Below are positions 7,771-13,120 of a DNA stretch of 13,120 nt, piece by piece (the stretch's first letter is position 1; every line of letters starts with the position of its first letter). The DNA lies in assembly GCA_964373425.1 (NCBI GenBank), contig CAYJUQ010000019.1, positions 1-13,120 on the forward strand, written 5' to 3'. The notes under the pieces are model-generated. The model ran no database searches, was not told where the DNA came from, and saw nothing but the letters and a program-made list of their open reading frames with translations. The position numbers and the translations under genes are program-made. Source of the DNA: an uncultured Candidatus Saccharibacteria bacterium. GTDB taxonomy: Bacteria > Patescibacteriota > Minisyncoccia > JAHCSD01 > CAYJUQ01.

Positions 7771-8652
7771 ATGACGTCTTGGAAGGTAAAAAAAGTTGTT
7801 ATTCCCGTTGCAGGGCTTGGCACACGGTTCTTGCCGGCAACAAAAGCAGTCCCCAAGGAACTTCTTCCCATTGTTGATACGCCAGTGGTGCAGTATCTTG
7901 TCGAAGAAGCAGTGGCCTCTGGTATCCAAGAGGTTATTTTTGTTATTTCTCCTGACAAGGAAACTATCCGCCACCACTTTTCAAAACATCACGCACTTGA
8001 ACGGCAGCTCCTTTCACGAAAAAAGCACGATCTGGTTGAGATCGTGCGGGATGTTGCTCGTCTTGCATCATTTTCGTTCGTCTATCAGCATGAGCCAAGG
8101 GGCGATGCCCATGCGATACTTTGCGCAAAGCGTATGGTGGGAGATGAGCCGTTCGCCGTGCTCTACGGCGATGACGTGGTAGATGCAAAAACCCCCGTTT
8201 TAAAACAGCTCCTTCGGGCGTTTGAGAAATACCGTGCACCCATTATGGCGCTTGAGCGTTTACCTCGCGAGGTGCTCCACCGCTACGGCGTCGTAGGCGC
8301 AACGCGCGTTAGAGAGCGAACGTACCGCATTGCAGGCGTTGTGGAAAAGCCATCACCCCGGGAGGCGCCCTCCAATCTTACGATTGTAGGGAAGTACGTT
8401 CTTCCTCCACGCAGTATGGGAACGTTAGAGAAAGTGATTCGCCGGGGGCAATCCTTTCCGTTTGAAACACGACTTACCGATTTTTTCCTTTCATGGCTTG
8501 CCGAAGGAAAACCACTTTACGGCGTTGAATTTAGGGGAGAGCGTTTTGACTGCGGCGACAAACTTGGCTATGTGAAGGCGCAAATCCACTTCGCGATGAA
8601 GCGAAAAGACCTTAGCGCCGAGCTCCGATCATATCTTAAAAAGATTAAATAG
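7771..8652 (+). CDS. galU: UTP--glucose-1-phosphate uridylyltransferase (GalU). ATG start at 7771 (the ORF track begins at an upstream GTG at 7723).
   Basis: The nucleotidyltransferase motifs are present: KVVIPVAGLGTRFLPATKAVPKELLP; VEKPSPREAPSNLTIVGKYVL, which corresponds to GalU [21 protein letters not shown]; and DCGDKLGYVKAQ, which corresponds to DCGNKLGYMQA. Length is about 293 aa from 7771. Confidence 0.9.
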   Translation: MTSWKVKKVVIPVAGLGTRFLPATKAVPKELLPIVDTPVVQYLVEEAVASGIQEVIFVISPDKETIRHHFSKHHALERQLLSRKKHDLVEIVRDVARLASFSFVYQHEPRGDAHAILCAKRMVGDEPFAVLYGDDVVDAKTPVLKQLLRAFEKYRAPIMALERLPREVLHRYGVVGATRVRERTYRIAGVVEKPSPREAPSNLTIVGKYVLPPRSMGTLEKVIRRGQSFPFETRLTDFFLSWLAEGKPLYGVEFRGERFDCGDKLGYVKAQIHFAMKRKDLSAELRSYLKKIK

Positions 8653-8686
8653 AACGGGGGGGCAGACCCCTACGGTTGCGCTATGT

Positions 8687-8718
8687 AAAATGCCACGCGG
8701 TTCTTTGCGTGGCATTTT
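8687..8718. terminator. Bidirectional intrinsic terminator between convergent genes
   Basis: AAAATGCCACGC-GGTTCTTT-GCGTGGCATTTT followed by GTTT. An A-run and a T-run flank a 12-bp stem. It lies between the galU stop (8652) and the stop of the minus-strand ORF (8722). Confidence 0.75.
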
Positions 8719-8721
8719 GTT

Positions 8722-9069
8722 TCACTTTCTTTTTAGTATCTCGAATGATTCCACCTCGCCCGTACTCAATGTTGCACTACCACCCTCAAGACCGAATTCG
8801 AGTCGCAGCCCCCTGATAATCCATCCGGCCTTGAGCACGTTGTCGGTTCCTTTCGATCCGCGGAACCAGACCTCCTCCCCATTTTTGGTAAAGTGTTTTC
8901 CTCCATTGAGGAATACCCTTCTCTTTTTAGGGTCAAGGACGATGAGCTCATACGAGGTCGGTGTCGAGGGGTTTCTTGTGATAACACGGATTACGGTCCT
9001 TCGAGAGAGCCTTTCAATACAGAGTCGGTTATCTGACTCGTCTTTAAGTGATTCAGTTCTTCGCTTCAA
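8722..9069 (-). CDS. Hypothetical small protein (115 aa) with a TTG start
   Basis: Strong SD GGGAGGT 5 nt upstream of the TTG at 9067-9069 (minus strand). It has its own promoter and is convergent with galU. The basic N-terminus and the core SYELIVLDPKKRRVFLNGGKHFTKNGEEVWFRGSKGTDNVLKAGWIIRGL show no motif I can assign. Confidence 0.6.
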   Translation of the reverse strand: MKRRTESLKDESDNRLCIERLSRRTVIRVITRNPSTPTSYELIVLDPKKRRVFLNGGKHFTKNGEEVWFRGSKGTDNVLKAGWIIRGLRLEFGLEGGSATLSTGEVESFEILKRK

Positions 9070-9123
9070 CTTATACCTCCCATCTCTTGTTTTGTCTTGG
9101 CGGGTGGGCTAAGCGATGTGGGT

Positions 9124-9152
9124 ATGATAGCAAAATTTTTCTCTCGTGTCAA
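9124..9152 (-). promoter_or_regulatory. Putative sigma-70 promoter TTGACA-17-TATCAT (minus strand) for the 115-aa gene
   Basis: Minus-strand TTGACA corresponds to plus 9147-9152. There is a 17-nt spacer, then TATCAT at plus 9124-9129. Confidence 0.45.
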
Positions 9153-9186
9153 GATTTCTTGAAGAACATACTGCGGGTGAAAACAA

Positions 9187-9212
9187 AAAGCGGCTTTTTG
9201 TGGCGCCGCTTT
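9187..9212 (-). terminator. Intrinsic terminator for the small membrane-protein gene (minus strand)
   Basis: On the minus strand this reads AAAGCGGC-GCCACAAAAA-GCCGCTTT followed by TTGTTTTC. Confidence 0.5.
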
Positions 9213-9260
9213 GTATGTTGCACGGGAGATTTTTACCTTCGATTTTAGAGTGAGTGTGGA

Positions 9261-9506
9261 TTACCGATCGCCAAGAGAGGCGATGGCAAGACCCCAGAAG
9301 ACGCCGATAAGGGCAAGGGCACCCCCTGCCATTTCTGCGAAGAGGATTTTCACAATATTCCAGCCGACGTCGCTTCCATCAATCGGAGTGCTTGTGAGGG
9401 CTTCTGCAAGCCCCACAATCCCGGTGATGAACATGAAGGACCATACCGCGATACCGCCAAGAATTGCCGCAATGCAGATGAGAACTCCGATAACTTTGGA
9501 GAACAC
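9261..9506 (-). CDS. Small two-TM membrane protein (81 aa) with a GTG start
   Basis: SD AGGGGGT 6 nt upstream of the GTG at 9504-9506 (minus strand). Two hydrophobic helices are present (VIGVLICIAAILGGIAVWSFMFITGIVGL and GGALALIGVFWGLAIASL). A terminator follows downstream. Confidence 0.55.
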   Translation of the reverse strand: MFSKVIGVLICIAAILGGIAVWSFMFITGIVGLAEALTSTPIDGSDVGWNIVKILFAEMAGGALALIGVFWGLAIASLGDR

Positions 9507-9554
9507 GGTTTACCCCCTTTCAAGGAACAGCATGTGTCCTGCATAGACACATCA

Positions 9555-9583
9555 TATTTAGCAAAATTGATTTATATTGTCAA
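9555..9583 (-). promoter_or_regulatory. Possible promoter TTGACA-17-TAAATA (minus strand) for the small membrane-protein gene
   Basis: Minus-strand TTGACA corresponds to plus 9578-9583, and TAAATA to plus 9555-9560. The -10 hexamer is weak. Confidence 0.3.
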
Positions 9584-9604
9584 CATTCTGGGTAGTTTAA
9601 TAAT

Positions 9605-9636
9605 AAAAGCCCACGGCAAGATGCCATAGGCTTTTT
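9605..9636 (-). terminator. Terminator-like hairpin downstream of the NDT-Nudix gene (minus strand), with T-runs on both sides
   Basis: AAAAGCC-CAC-GGCA-AGA-TGCC-ATA-GGCTTTT followed by TGATGG. On the minus strand a TTATTATT run follows the stem. Confidence 0.5.
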
Positions 9637-9651
9637 GATGGTTTTGAATGT

Positions 9652-10821
9652 TCATACATCAGGTTTCATAATAACCGAGAGAATCATACCAACCGTACTC
9701 CAGTCAGCAAGATTTTCGAGGAGCAATTCTTTAAGAGATCGGATTTCAACATAGGTTCTCTCGCCCGTGGGATTATCCTTGCTTAGCCCATGGACAATCC
9801 CTTCTTGTTGATGCAGCCACTCAAGTTCTTTCTGCGTAAGCTTCACAGAAAATACATGGGCCGTGTGGGTCGAAAAAGTTCCAACAAGCTGCCGCCTGCC
9901 GTGTGACTTAAGGCGTTCTTTCTCTACCGAGAATCCGGTTTCTTCGTTTACTTCTTCGGAAGCGACTTCGAGAGGATCAGTATTTGGTGTAAACGATGAA
10001 CCTCCGGGAAGTTCCCAGATGAATCCATCGGGAGTTCGGGCAGGACTCCGAAATTCACGGACAAGCACAACTTTTGATTCCAGAATCTTGCTCTCGGGGT
10101 AGTACATGACCACCGTAGAGATGTCGGGCCGAGAGAGGATAACCTCGTTTGTTTTGTTTCGGTTTTCTTTGGCCACATGGACGTTTACATGCAGGGCCCA
10201 ACAGTAAACATTATTGCGTTTCGGGCCAACGCGGAATACCCATTTTACTGCGGCGCCATCAAGACGATTTCCTGCTCCTTGCTGGGTTTGATACCACGAC
10301 TGGAATTGAGATGTATTCCAGATCATGAGAGGAACATACCGTTCGCCTTCCGCGCGAAGAGCTCCATTGCCAACCATTTGAAGCGCATACGCAATGGTTT
10401 CCCGTAACGTATGGGCTTCTGGGATACCTGTTTTTTCAGCTACAACGCGTAGGTAGTTAGTCTTCGGTGCCTTTTGGGGAGCACCAAAGACAACCTTTGC
10501 CGATTCGGCCCAAAGACCAAACTCGACATTTGTGGTAAAGGCGGGCATCGTCTTCAGATTCCTTGGTACCCAGAATACGATGCAATCTGCGATTCCGAGC
10601 ATTCGATGTTCCCAATCGATTTGTGAGCGGTATGACCAGGTCATTTTTCCATCTCTGCTTTCGGGGACAAATACTACCCCGTCGTAGCCACACTTCGTAA
10701 GAATGCGCAGGGCTCGAGGCCGCCACGATGCAACCGTTGCTGATCGAGGAGTTGGTCCGGCAAGAAAAAGAGATTTGGTAAATGAACTCGGGGGTTCTTC
10801 CATCGAATACACCACGTGCAT
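9652..10821 (-). CDS. Two-domain fusion protein: an N-terminal DNPH1/Rcl- or nucleoside 2-deoxyribosyltransferase-like domain and a C-terminal Nudix hydrolase domain
   Basis: SD GGAGGG 5 nt upstream of the ATG. The N-terminal region (FLAGPTPRS...GVVFVPE...IDWEHRMLGIADCIVFWVP...TNVEFGLWAES) follows the DNPH1/NDT fold pattern (FCGSIRGG...LTEHV...DLEWLQQADVVVAEV...GVGYELGRA), including the catalytic Glu. The C-terminal region carries a degenerate Nudix box (GGSSFTPNTDPLEVASEEVNEETGF) flanked by beta-rich segments. Confidence 0.75.
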   Translation of the reverse strand: MHVVYSMEEPPSSFTKSLFLAGPTPRSATVASWRPRALRILTKCGYDGVVFVPESRDGKMTWSYRSQIDWEHRMLGIADCIVFWVPRNLKTMPAFTTNVEFGLWAESAKVVFGAPQKAPKTNYLRVVAEKTGIPEAHTLRETIAYALQMVGNGALRAEGERYVPLMIWNTSQFQSWYQTQQGAGNRLDGAAVKWVFRVGPKRNNVYCWALHVNVHVAKENRNKTNEVILSRPDISTVVMYYPESKILESKVVLVREFRSPARTPDGFIWELPGGSSFTPNTDPLEVASEEVNEETGFSVEKERLKSHGRRQLVGTFSTHTAHVFSVKLTQKELEWLHQQEGIVHGLSKDNPTGERTYVEIRSLKELLLENLADWSTVGMILSVIMKPDV

Positions 10822-10860
10822 GGTATCCCTCCAGTAATTATCAATGTACTATGACCTAGG

Positions 10861-10889
10861 ATTATAGCTTATGATGGAGACTATGTCCA
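10861..10889 (-). promoter_or_regulatory. Sigma-70 promoter TGGACA-17-TATAAT (minus strand) for the NDT-Nudix gene
   Basis: Minus-strand TATAAT corresponds to plus 10861-10866. There is a 17-nt spacer, then TGGACA at plus 10884-10889. Confidence 0.5.
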
Positions 10890-10908
10890 CCCCTTGAACA
10901 CATATTTT

Positions 10909-10940
10909 AAAAAGCCGTTTTAGCGACGGCTTTTAAAAAC
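10909..10940 (-). terminator. Terminator hairpin downstream of the M50 protease gene (minus strand)
   Basis: AAAAAGCCGT-TTTAGCG-ACGGCTTTT, with A/T runs on both flanks. Confidence 0.5.
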
Positions 10941-10944
10941 TAAT

Positions 10945-11766
10945 CTACAAAAATCGATTAATGTCTCCTGCGAAGATAAGGAAGATAAGCGTTACAATTG
11001 CAACTATCGAGACGAGTCCAAAGAGCGGCAGCGCTTGTTTTCCGAGCACCCGTTCGATAATCATCCCGAAAATCCTGCCACCATCAAGCGGCAGAAGCGG
11101 CAGCATGTTGAAAATGCCGATTCCGAAGGAGATAGCCACCGCAAGGCGGAACACCTCGATCGCCGTCTTCAACGTCGTTGCTTCATGCGTGATGCCGATG
11201 GGGCCGATCAGTATCGGATCTTTGTCTGCCGGAGCACCGCCGTGGAGCGCTGATTCCTGAAAGTTTTCTATAAGTCCTGGAATCAGGGTGTAGAGGAGGA
11301 GGCCCACAAACGCAAGGCCGAGTATCGGAATACCGATGCTGCAGAATAGTTTCGAAAATCGCACGATGACAAGGGCAATCGCAGTCATGGCGATAAGACG
11401 AATGTAGACCGCCGGTTCACCAAGATCTTTGAAAATAAAGAGCGCGATGATCGTAAGGAGACTCCCCACAAGGACGTTTCCGAGCACTCCCGCGCCGAAA
11501 ATCAAAGCGCGCTCGCGGTAGGGGAGGGCATTTGTTTGTTGATTGCCTCGCGGTGTTGGCTCAACATAAGCACCGAGGAAGATGGGGGAGAGGGTTAAGG
11601 GGAACGAGAGCCATGGTACTCGAAACCGAAATATAAATCCCGGAATCGGGATGCCGAGCCCCGCTTCTTTAATCTCTACACCATACCTTCGCATCGCAAT
11701 CGCATGCGCAGCTTCATGAATTACAAGGTTCAAAATCAAAAACACAAAGATGAACGCGATATTCAT
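10945..11766 (-). CDS. M50 family site-2 protease (zinc metalloprotease), minimal type without a PDZ domain
   Basis: HExxH motif within a TM helix (VIHEAAHAIAMRRYGV). A second conserved motif is NMLPLLPLDGGRIFGMI (the LDG motif). About 6 TM segments are predicted. Length is 273 aa. Confidence 0.85.
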   Translation of the reverse strand: MNIAFIFVFLILNLVIHEAAHAIAMRRYGVEIKEAGLGIPIPGFIFRFRVPWLSFPLTLSPIFLGAYVEPTPRGNQQTNALPYRERALIFGAGVLGNVLVGSLLTIIALFIFKDLGEPAVYIRLIAMTAIALVIVRFSKLFCSIGIPILGLAFVGLLLYTLIPGLIENFQESALHGGAPADKDPILIGPIGITHEATTLKTAIEVFRLAVAISFGIGIFNMLPLLPLDGGRIFGMIIERVLGKQALPLFGLVSIVAIVTLIFLIFAGDINRFL

Positions 11767-11812
11767 CCAACAGCCGCCTTTCTGGGTACATTTTCAAAGT
11801 GCGGAATGGTTG

Positions 11813-11841
11813 ATATTACCACACGGATGTACATACCGCAA
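11813..11841 (-). promoter_or_regulatory. Putative promoter TTGCGG-17-TGgTAATAT (extended -10, minus strand) for the M50 gene
   Basis: Minus-strand TAATAT corresponds to plus 11813-11818 and is preceded by TGG. The -35 hexamer TTGCGG corresponds to plus 11836-11841. Confidence 0.3.
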
Positions 11842-11970
11842 GCGTTTTATCATAGTTCAAAACCCGGGAATAATCCTACAGCGAAAAATCTAACCATCCC
11901 ACCAAGTATAAAATTGACAATCTTCGCGACAAGCCCCCCAATGCTTGGCATTGAGGATACCCCTGCGTTT

Positions 11971-12047
11971 GACAGACGGTATAAGAACTGCTAGACAGAT
12001 CTATATTGTTAGACAGACCCATACTGCGAGACAGATTTATATTGTAT
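11971..12047 (+). repeat. Four tandem direct repeats of (A)GACAGA-N3/4-ATA-N-TG with an 18-22 bp period (iteron/operator-like)
   Basis: GACAGAcggtATAag at 11971, AGACAGAtctATAtTG at 11993, AGACAGAcccATAcTG at 12011, AGACAGAtttATAtTG at 12030. The run ends in TTGTATAAT (a -10-like sequence at 12045-12050), immediately before palindrome copy 1. Confidence 0.6.
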
Positions 12048-12051
12048 AATT

Positions 12052-12106
12052 CCCATCCGGCAAATACTTCCATGCTTTTAAGCATGGAAGTATTTGCCGG
12101 GATGGG
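12052..12106 (+). repeat. Long palindromic element, copy 1 (about a 27-bp stem with a 1-nt bulge), overlapping the start of the TrpR-like gene
   Basis: CCCATCCGGCAAATACTTCCATGCTT-tt-AAGCATGGAAGTATTTGCCGGgATGGGG. A related copy is found at 12709-12757. Confidence 0.7.
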
Positions 12107-12633
12107 GTCACGCATTAATGGCGAGATCAAGATTATCAAAACCACTCACGAAAGAAGACGAAGAGTTACTTGTAGAGTTTTGTGAAGCACTCGTTGCCTT
12201 GAGTACTCCGGAAGAGGCAGGAAAGTTTTTATCGGATCTCCTTTCGAATGTTGAGGCGCGTATGTTTGCGCGTCGTCTTAAAATTGCAAAGTTTCTTTTG
12301 GCTGGCTGGACATTCAGTGAAATCGAAAACAGTCTGAAGGTTGGCCCCGCTACCATCGCGAGGGTAGGTGAATGGCTGAAAATATACGGTGACGGATACC
12401 GACTTGTGGAGCAACGAACGAAAAGAAAGCTAAAGCAACCCTCGCTTGCGCGGGATCACCTTTGGCGAAACCTCAAACGACGCGCTCCATTAGCTTTTTG
12501 GCCAGAAATGCTTATCGAAGATCTCGTCCGGAATGCGAATAAGAAACAAAGAGAACGGATGACGCGTGTGTTGAGAGCGATGGATCAGAAGTCAGAACTT
12601 TATAAACGAATAGATCAACTTCTGAAACAATAA
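12094..12633 (+). CDS. TrpR/YerC-YecD family helix-turn-helix DNA-binding protein with a basic C-terminal extension. The ORF track starts at TTG 12094; the in-frame ATG at 12118 (MARSRLSKPL...) is the likelier start.
   Basis: Trp-repressor-like fold signature: LSTPEEAGKFLSDLLSNVEARMFARRLKIAKFLLAGWTFSEIENSLKVGPATIARVGEWLK (the TP-E...R..I...LL.G.T..EI...LGV..ATI.R pattern). The K/R-rich C-terminal region is about 80 aa. Confidence 0.7.
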   Translation: MPGWGHALMARSRLSKPLTKEDEELLVEFCEALVALSTPEEAGKFLSDLLSNVEARMFARRLKIAKFLLAGWTFSEIENSLKVGPATIARVGEWLKIYGDGYRLVEQRTKRKLKQPSLARDHLWRNLKRRAPLAFWPEMLIEDLVRNANKKQRERMTRVLRAMDQKSELYKRIDQLLKQ

Positions 12634-12666
12634 ATAATCCATTCCGGATTTCATAATTATCTCATA

Positions 12667-12700
12667 GTTTTTTTCTCGCCAAGTTTTTTTTCTCGTCAAA
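12667..12700 (+). repeat. Tandem T-rich direct repeat (GTTTTTTTCTCGCCAA / GTTTTTTTTCTCGTCAAA)
   Basis: Two adjacent copies, 16 and 18 nt long, 34 nt after the stop of the TrpR-like gene and just before palindrome copy 2. Confidence 0.5.
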
Positions 12701-12708
12701 TTGAAATC

Positions 12709-12757
12709 AGACAAATACTTCCACGCTTAAAAGCGTGGAAGTATTTGCCGGGATAGG
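12709..12757 (+). repeat. Palindromic element, copy 2 (17-bp perfect stem), 42/49 identical to copy 1 with a compensatory T>C/A>G change in the stem
   Basis: CAAATACTTCCACGCTT-aa-AAGCGTGGAAGTATTTG followed by CCGGGATAGG. The right-hand 30 nt is nearly identical to copy 1 (AAGC[A/G]TGGAAGTATTTGCCGGGAT[G/A]GG). Confidence 0.7.
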
Positions 12758-12787
12758 TAAATCGGGGGTGAATCGTGTTGGTGGGAA

Positions 12788-12817
12788 TTGACAGGAAAGA
12801 TGAAGAGATAGTACATT
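12788..12817 (+). promoter_or_regulatory. Putative promoter TTGACA-18-TACATT for the downstream partial gene
   Basis: TTGACA at 12788-12793 and TACATT at 12812-12817. Confidence 0.3.
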
Positions 12818-12861
12818 AGAGAACATGACCCTCGAGTCGTTTTGTGTTTCATTCAACTAGT

Positions 12862-13120
12862 ATGGGGTTTCACCTACTCAAGAGCGATAAATTCAAGTAC
12901 ATCATTACCCCCGCCATCGGTTTCGGCCTCGCCGGCGCCCTGTGGGGTTTAGACATTTATCGGGGTGCTGTGGGGAGTGACGAAGCATTTATCAATCCAT
13001 TCTCCTATATTTCAGGAGCTTTTTTATTTGGCATTTTGGGCAGTTTATCCCTCGTGGTCTTTTCAGGAGATGTGAAACGGATATTGAAGGTAGTAGGGCT
13101 TGGCCTTGTTGGGTGGATCG
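12862..13120 (+). CDS. Partial CDS (5' end only; it runs off the window): hypothetical membrane protein
   Basis: The ATG at 12862 opens a frame with no stop before the window ends. The translation MGFHLLKSDKFKYIITPAIGFGLAGALWGLDIYRG...FLFGILGSLSLVVFSG...VVGLGLVGW has helix-like hydrophobic segments. Confidence 0.4.
   Translation, partial: MGFHLLKSDKFKYIITPAIGFGLAGALWGLDIYRGAVGSDEAFINPFSYISGAFLFGILGSLSLVVFSGDVKRILKVVGLGLVGWI

Noticed and set aside
7636-8239. Antisense ORFs across the rmlB/galU junction (7636..7977-, 7656..7958-, 7964..8239-) and the internal ORF 7796..8182+
   Set aside because: They overlap two confidently identified enzymes in other frames.
8690-9112. 140-aa plus-strand ORF overlapping the minus-strand 115-aa gene
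   Set aside because: The minus-strand ORF has a strong SD and promoter. The plus-strand ORF starts inside the bidirectional terminator and has no RBS.
9211-9550. Plus-strand 111-aa ORF and minus-strand 66-aa ORF overlapping the 81-aa membrane-protein gene
   Set aside because: The two-TM ORF has an SD, a plausible promoter and a terminator. The overlapping frames lack translation signals.
11900-11990. TTGACA hexamers at about 11914 and 11969 as promoters for the TrpR-like gene
   Set aside because: No acceptable -10 hexamer lies 16-19 nt downstream of either. The promoter remains undefined.
12052-12757. Possibility that the two palindromes are integron attC sites or a 2-repeat CRISPR remnant
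   Set aside because: No GTTRRRY/RYYYAAC core sites are present. The copies are about 650 bp apart with a gene between them. The stems are far longer than CRISPR repeats or attC bottom-strand structures.
1-13120. Search for tRNA/rRNA genes, CRISPR repeats, IS/transposase or integrase genes
   Set aside because: No tRNA-like conserved blocks (TAGCTCAG / GGTTCGAATCC-type) appear in intergenic regions. No regularly spaced short repeats were seen. No ORF has transposase or integrase motifs. The only repeat families are the palindromes and direct repeats at 11971-12757.

Overview
This 13.1 kb window looks like a bacterial chromosomal segment (GC about 50%; some genes have strong Shine-Dalgarno sites, others none). 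It splits into two parts.

Bases 1-8652 are a co-directional, plus-strand, housekeeping-like run. It holds an SPFH/band-7 (flotillin-like) membrane protein with an unusual 4x tandem duplication of its N-terminal segment. Next is clpB, which sits behind a textbook sigma-70 promoter plus a perfect CIRCE (HrcA operator) inverted repeat. After clpB come a polytopic membrane protein, an HtrA/trypsin-fold protein that appears to have lost all three catalytic-triad residues, rmlB (dTDP-glucose 4,6-dehydratase-like) and galU.

Bases 8653-13120 look more accessory. On the minus strand there are two orphan mini-genes, a DNPH1/nucleoside-2-deoxyribosyltransferase-like::Nudix fusion protein and a minimal M50 site-2 protease. 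A plus-strand TrpR/YerC-like DNA-binding protein follows, bracketed by two copies of a ~49 bp palindromic element that differ by a compensatory (stem-preserving) substitution, and preceded by iteron-like AGACAGA direct repeats. The window ends in a partial membrane-protein gene.

No tRNA, rRNA, CRISPR, transposase or integrase was recognised. All calls come from reading the sequence and from motif knowledge; no database search was possible.
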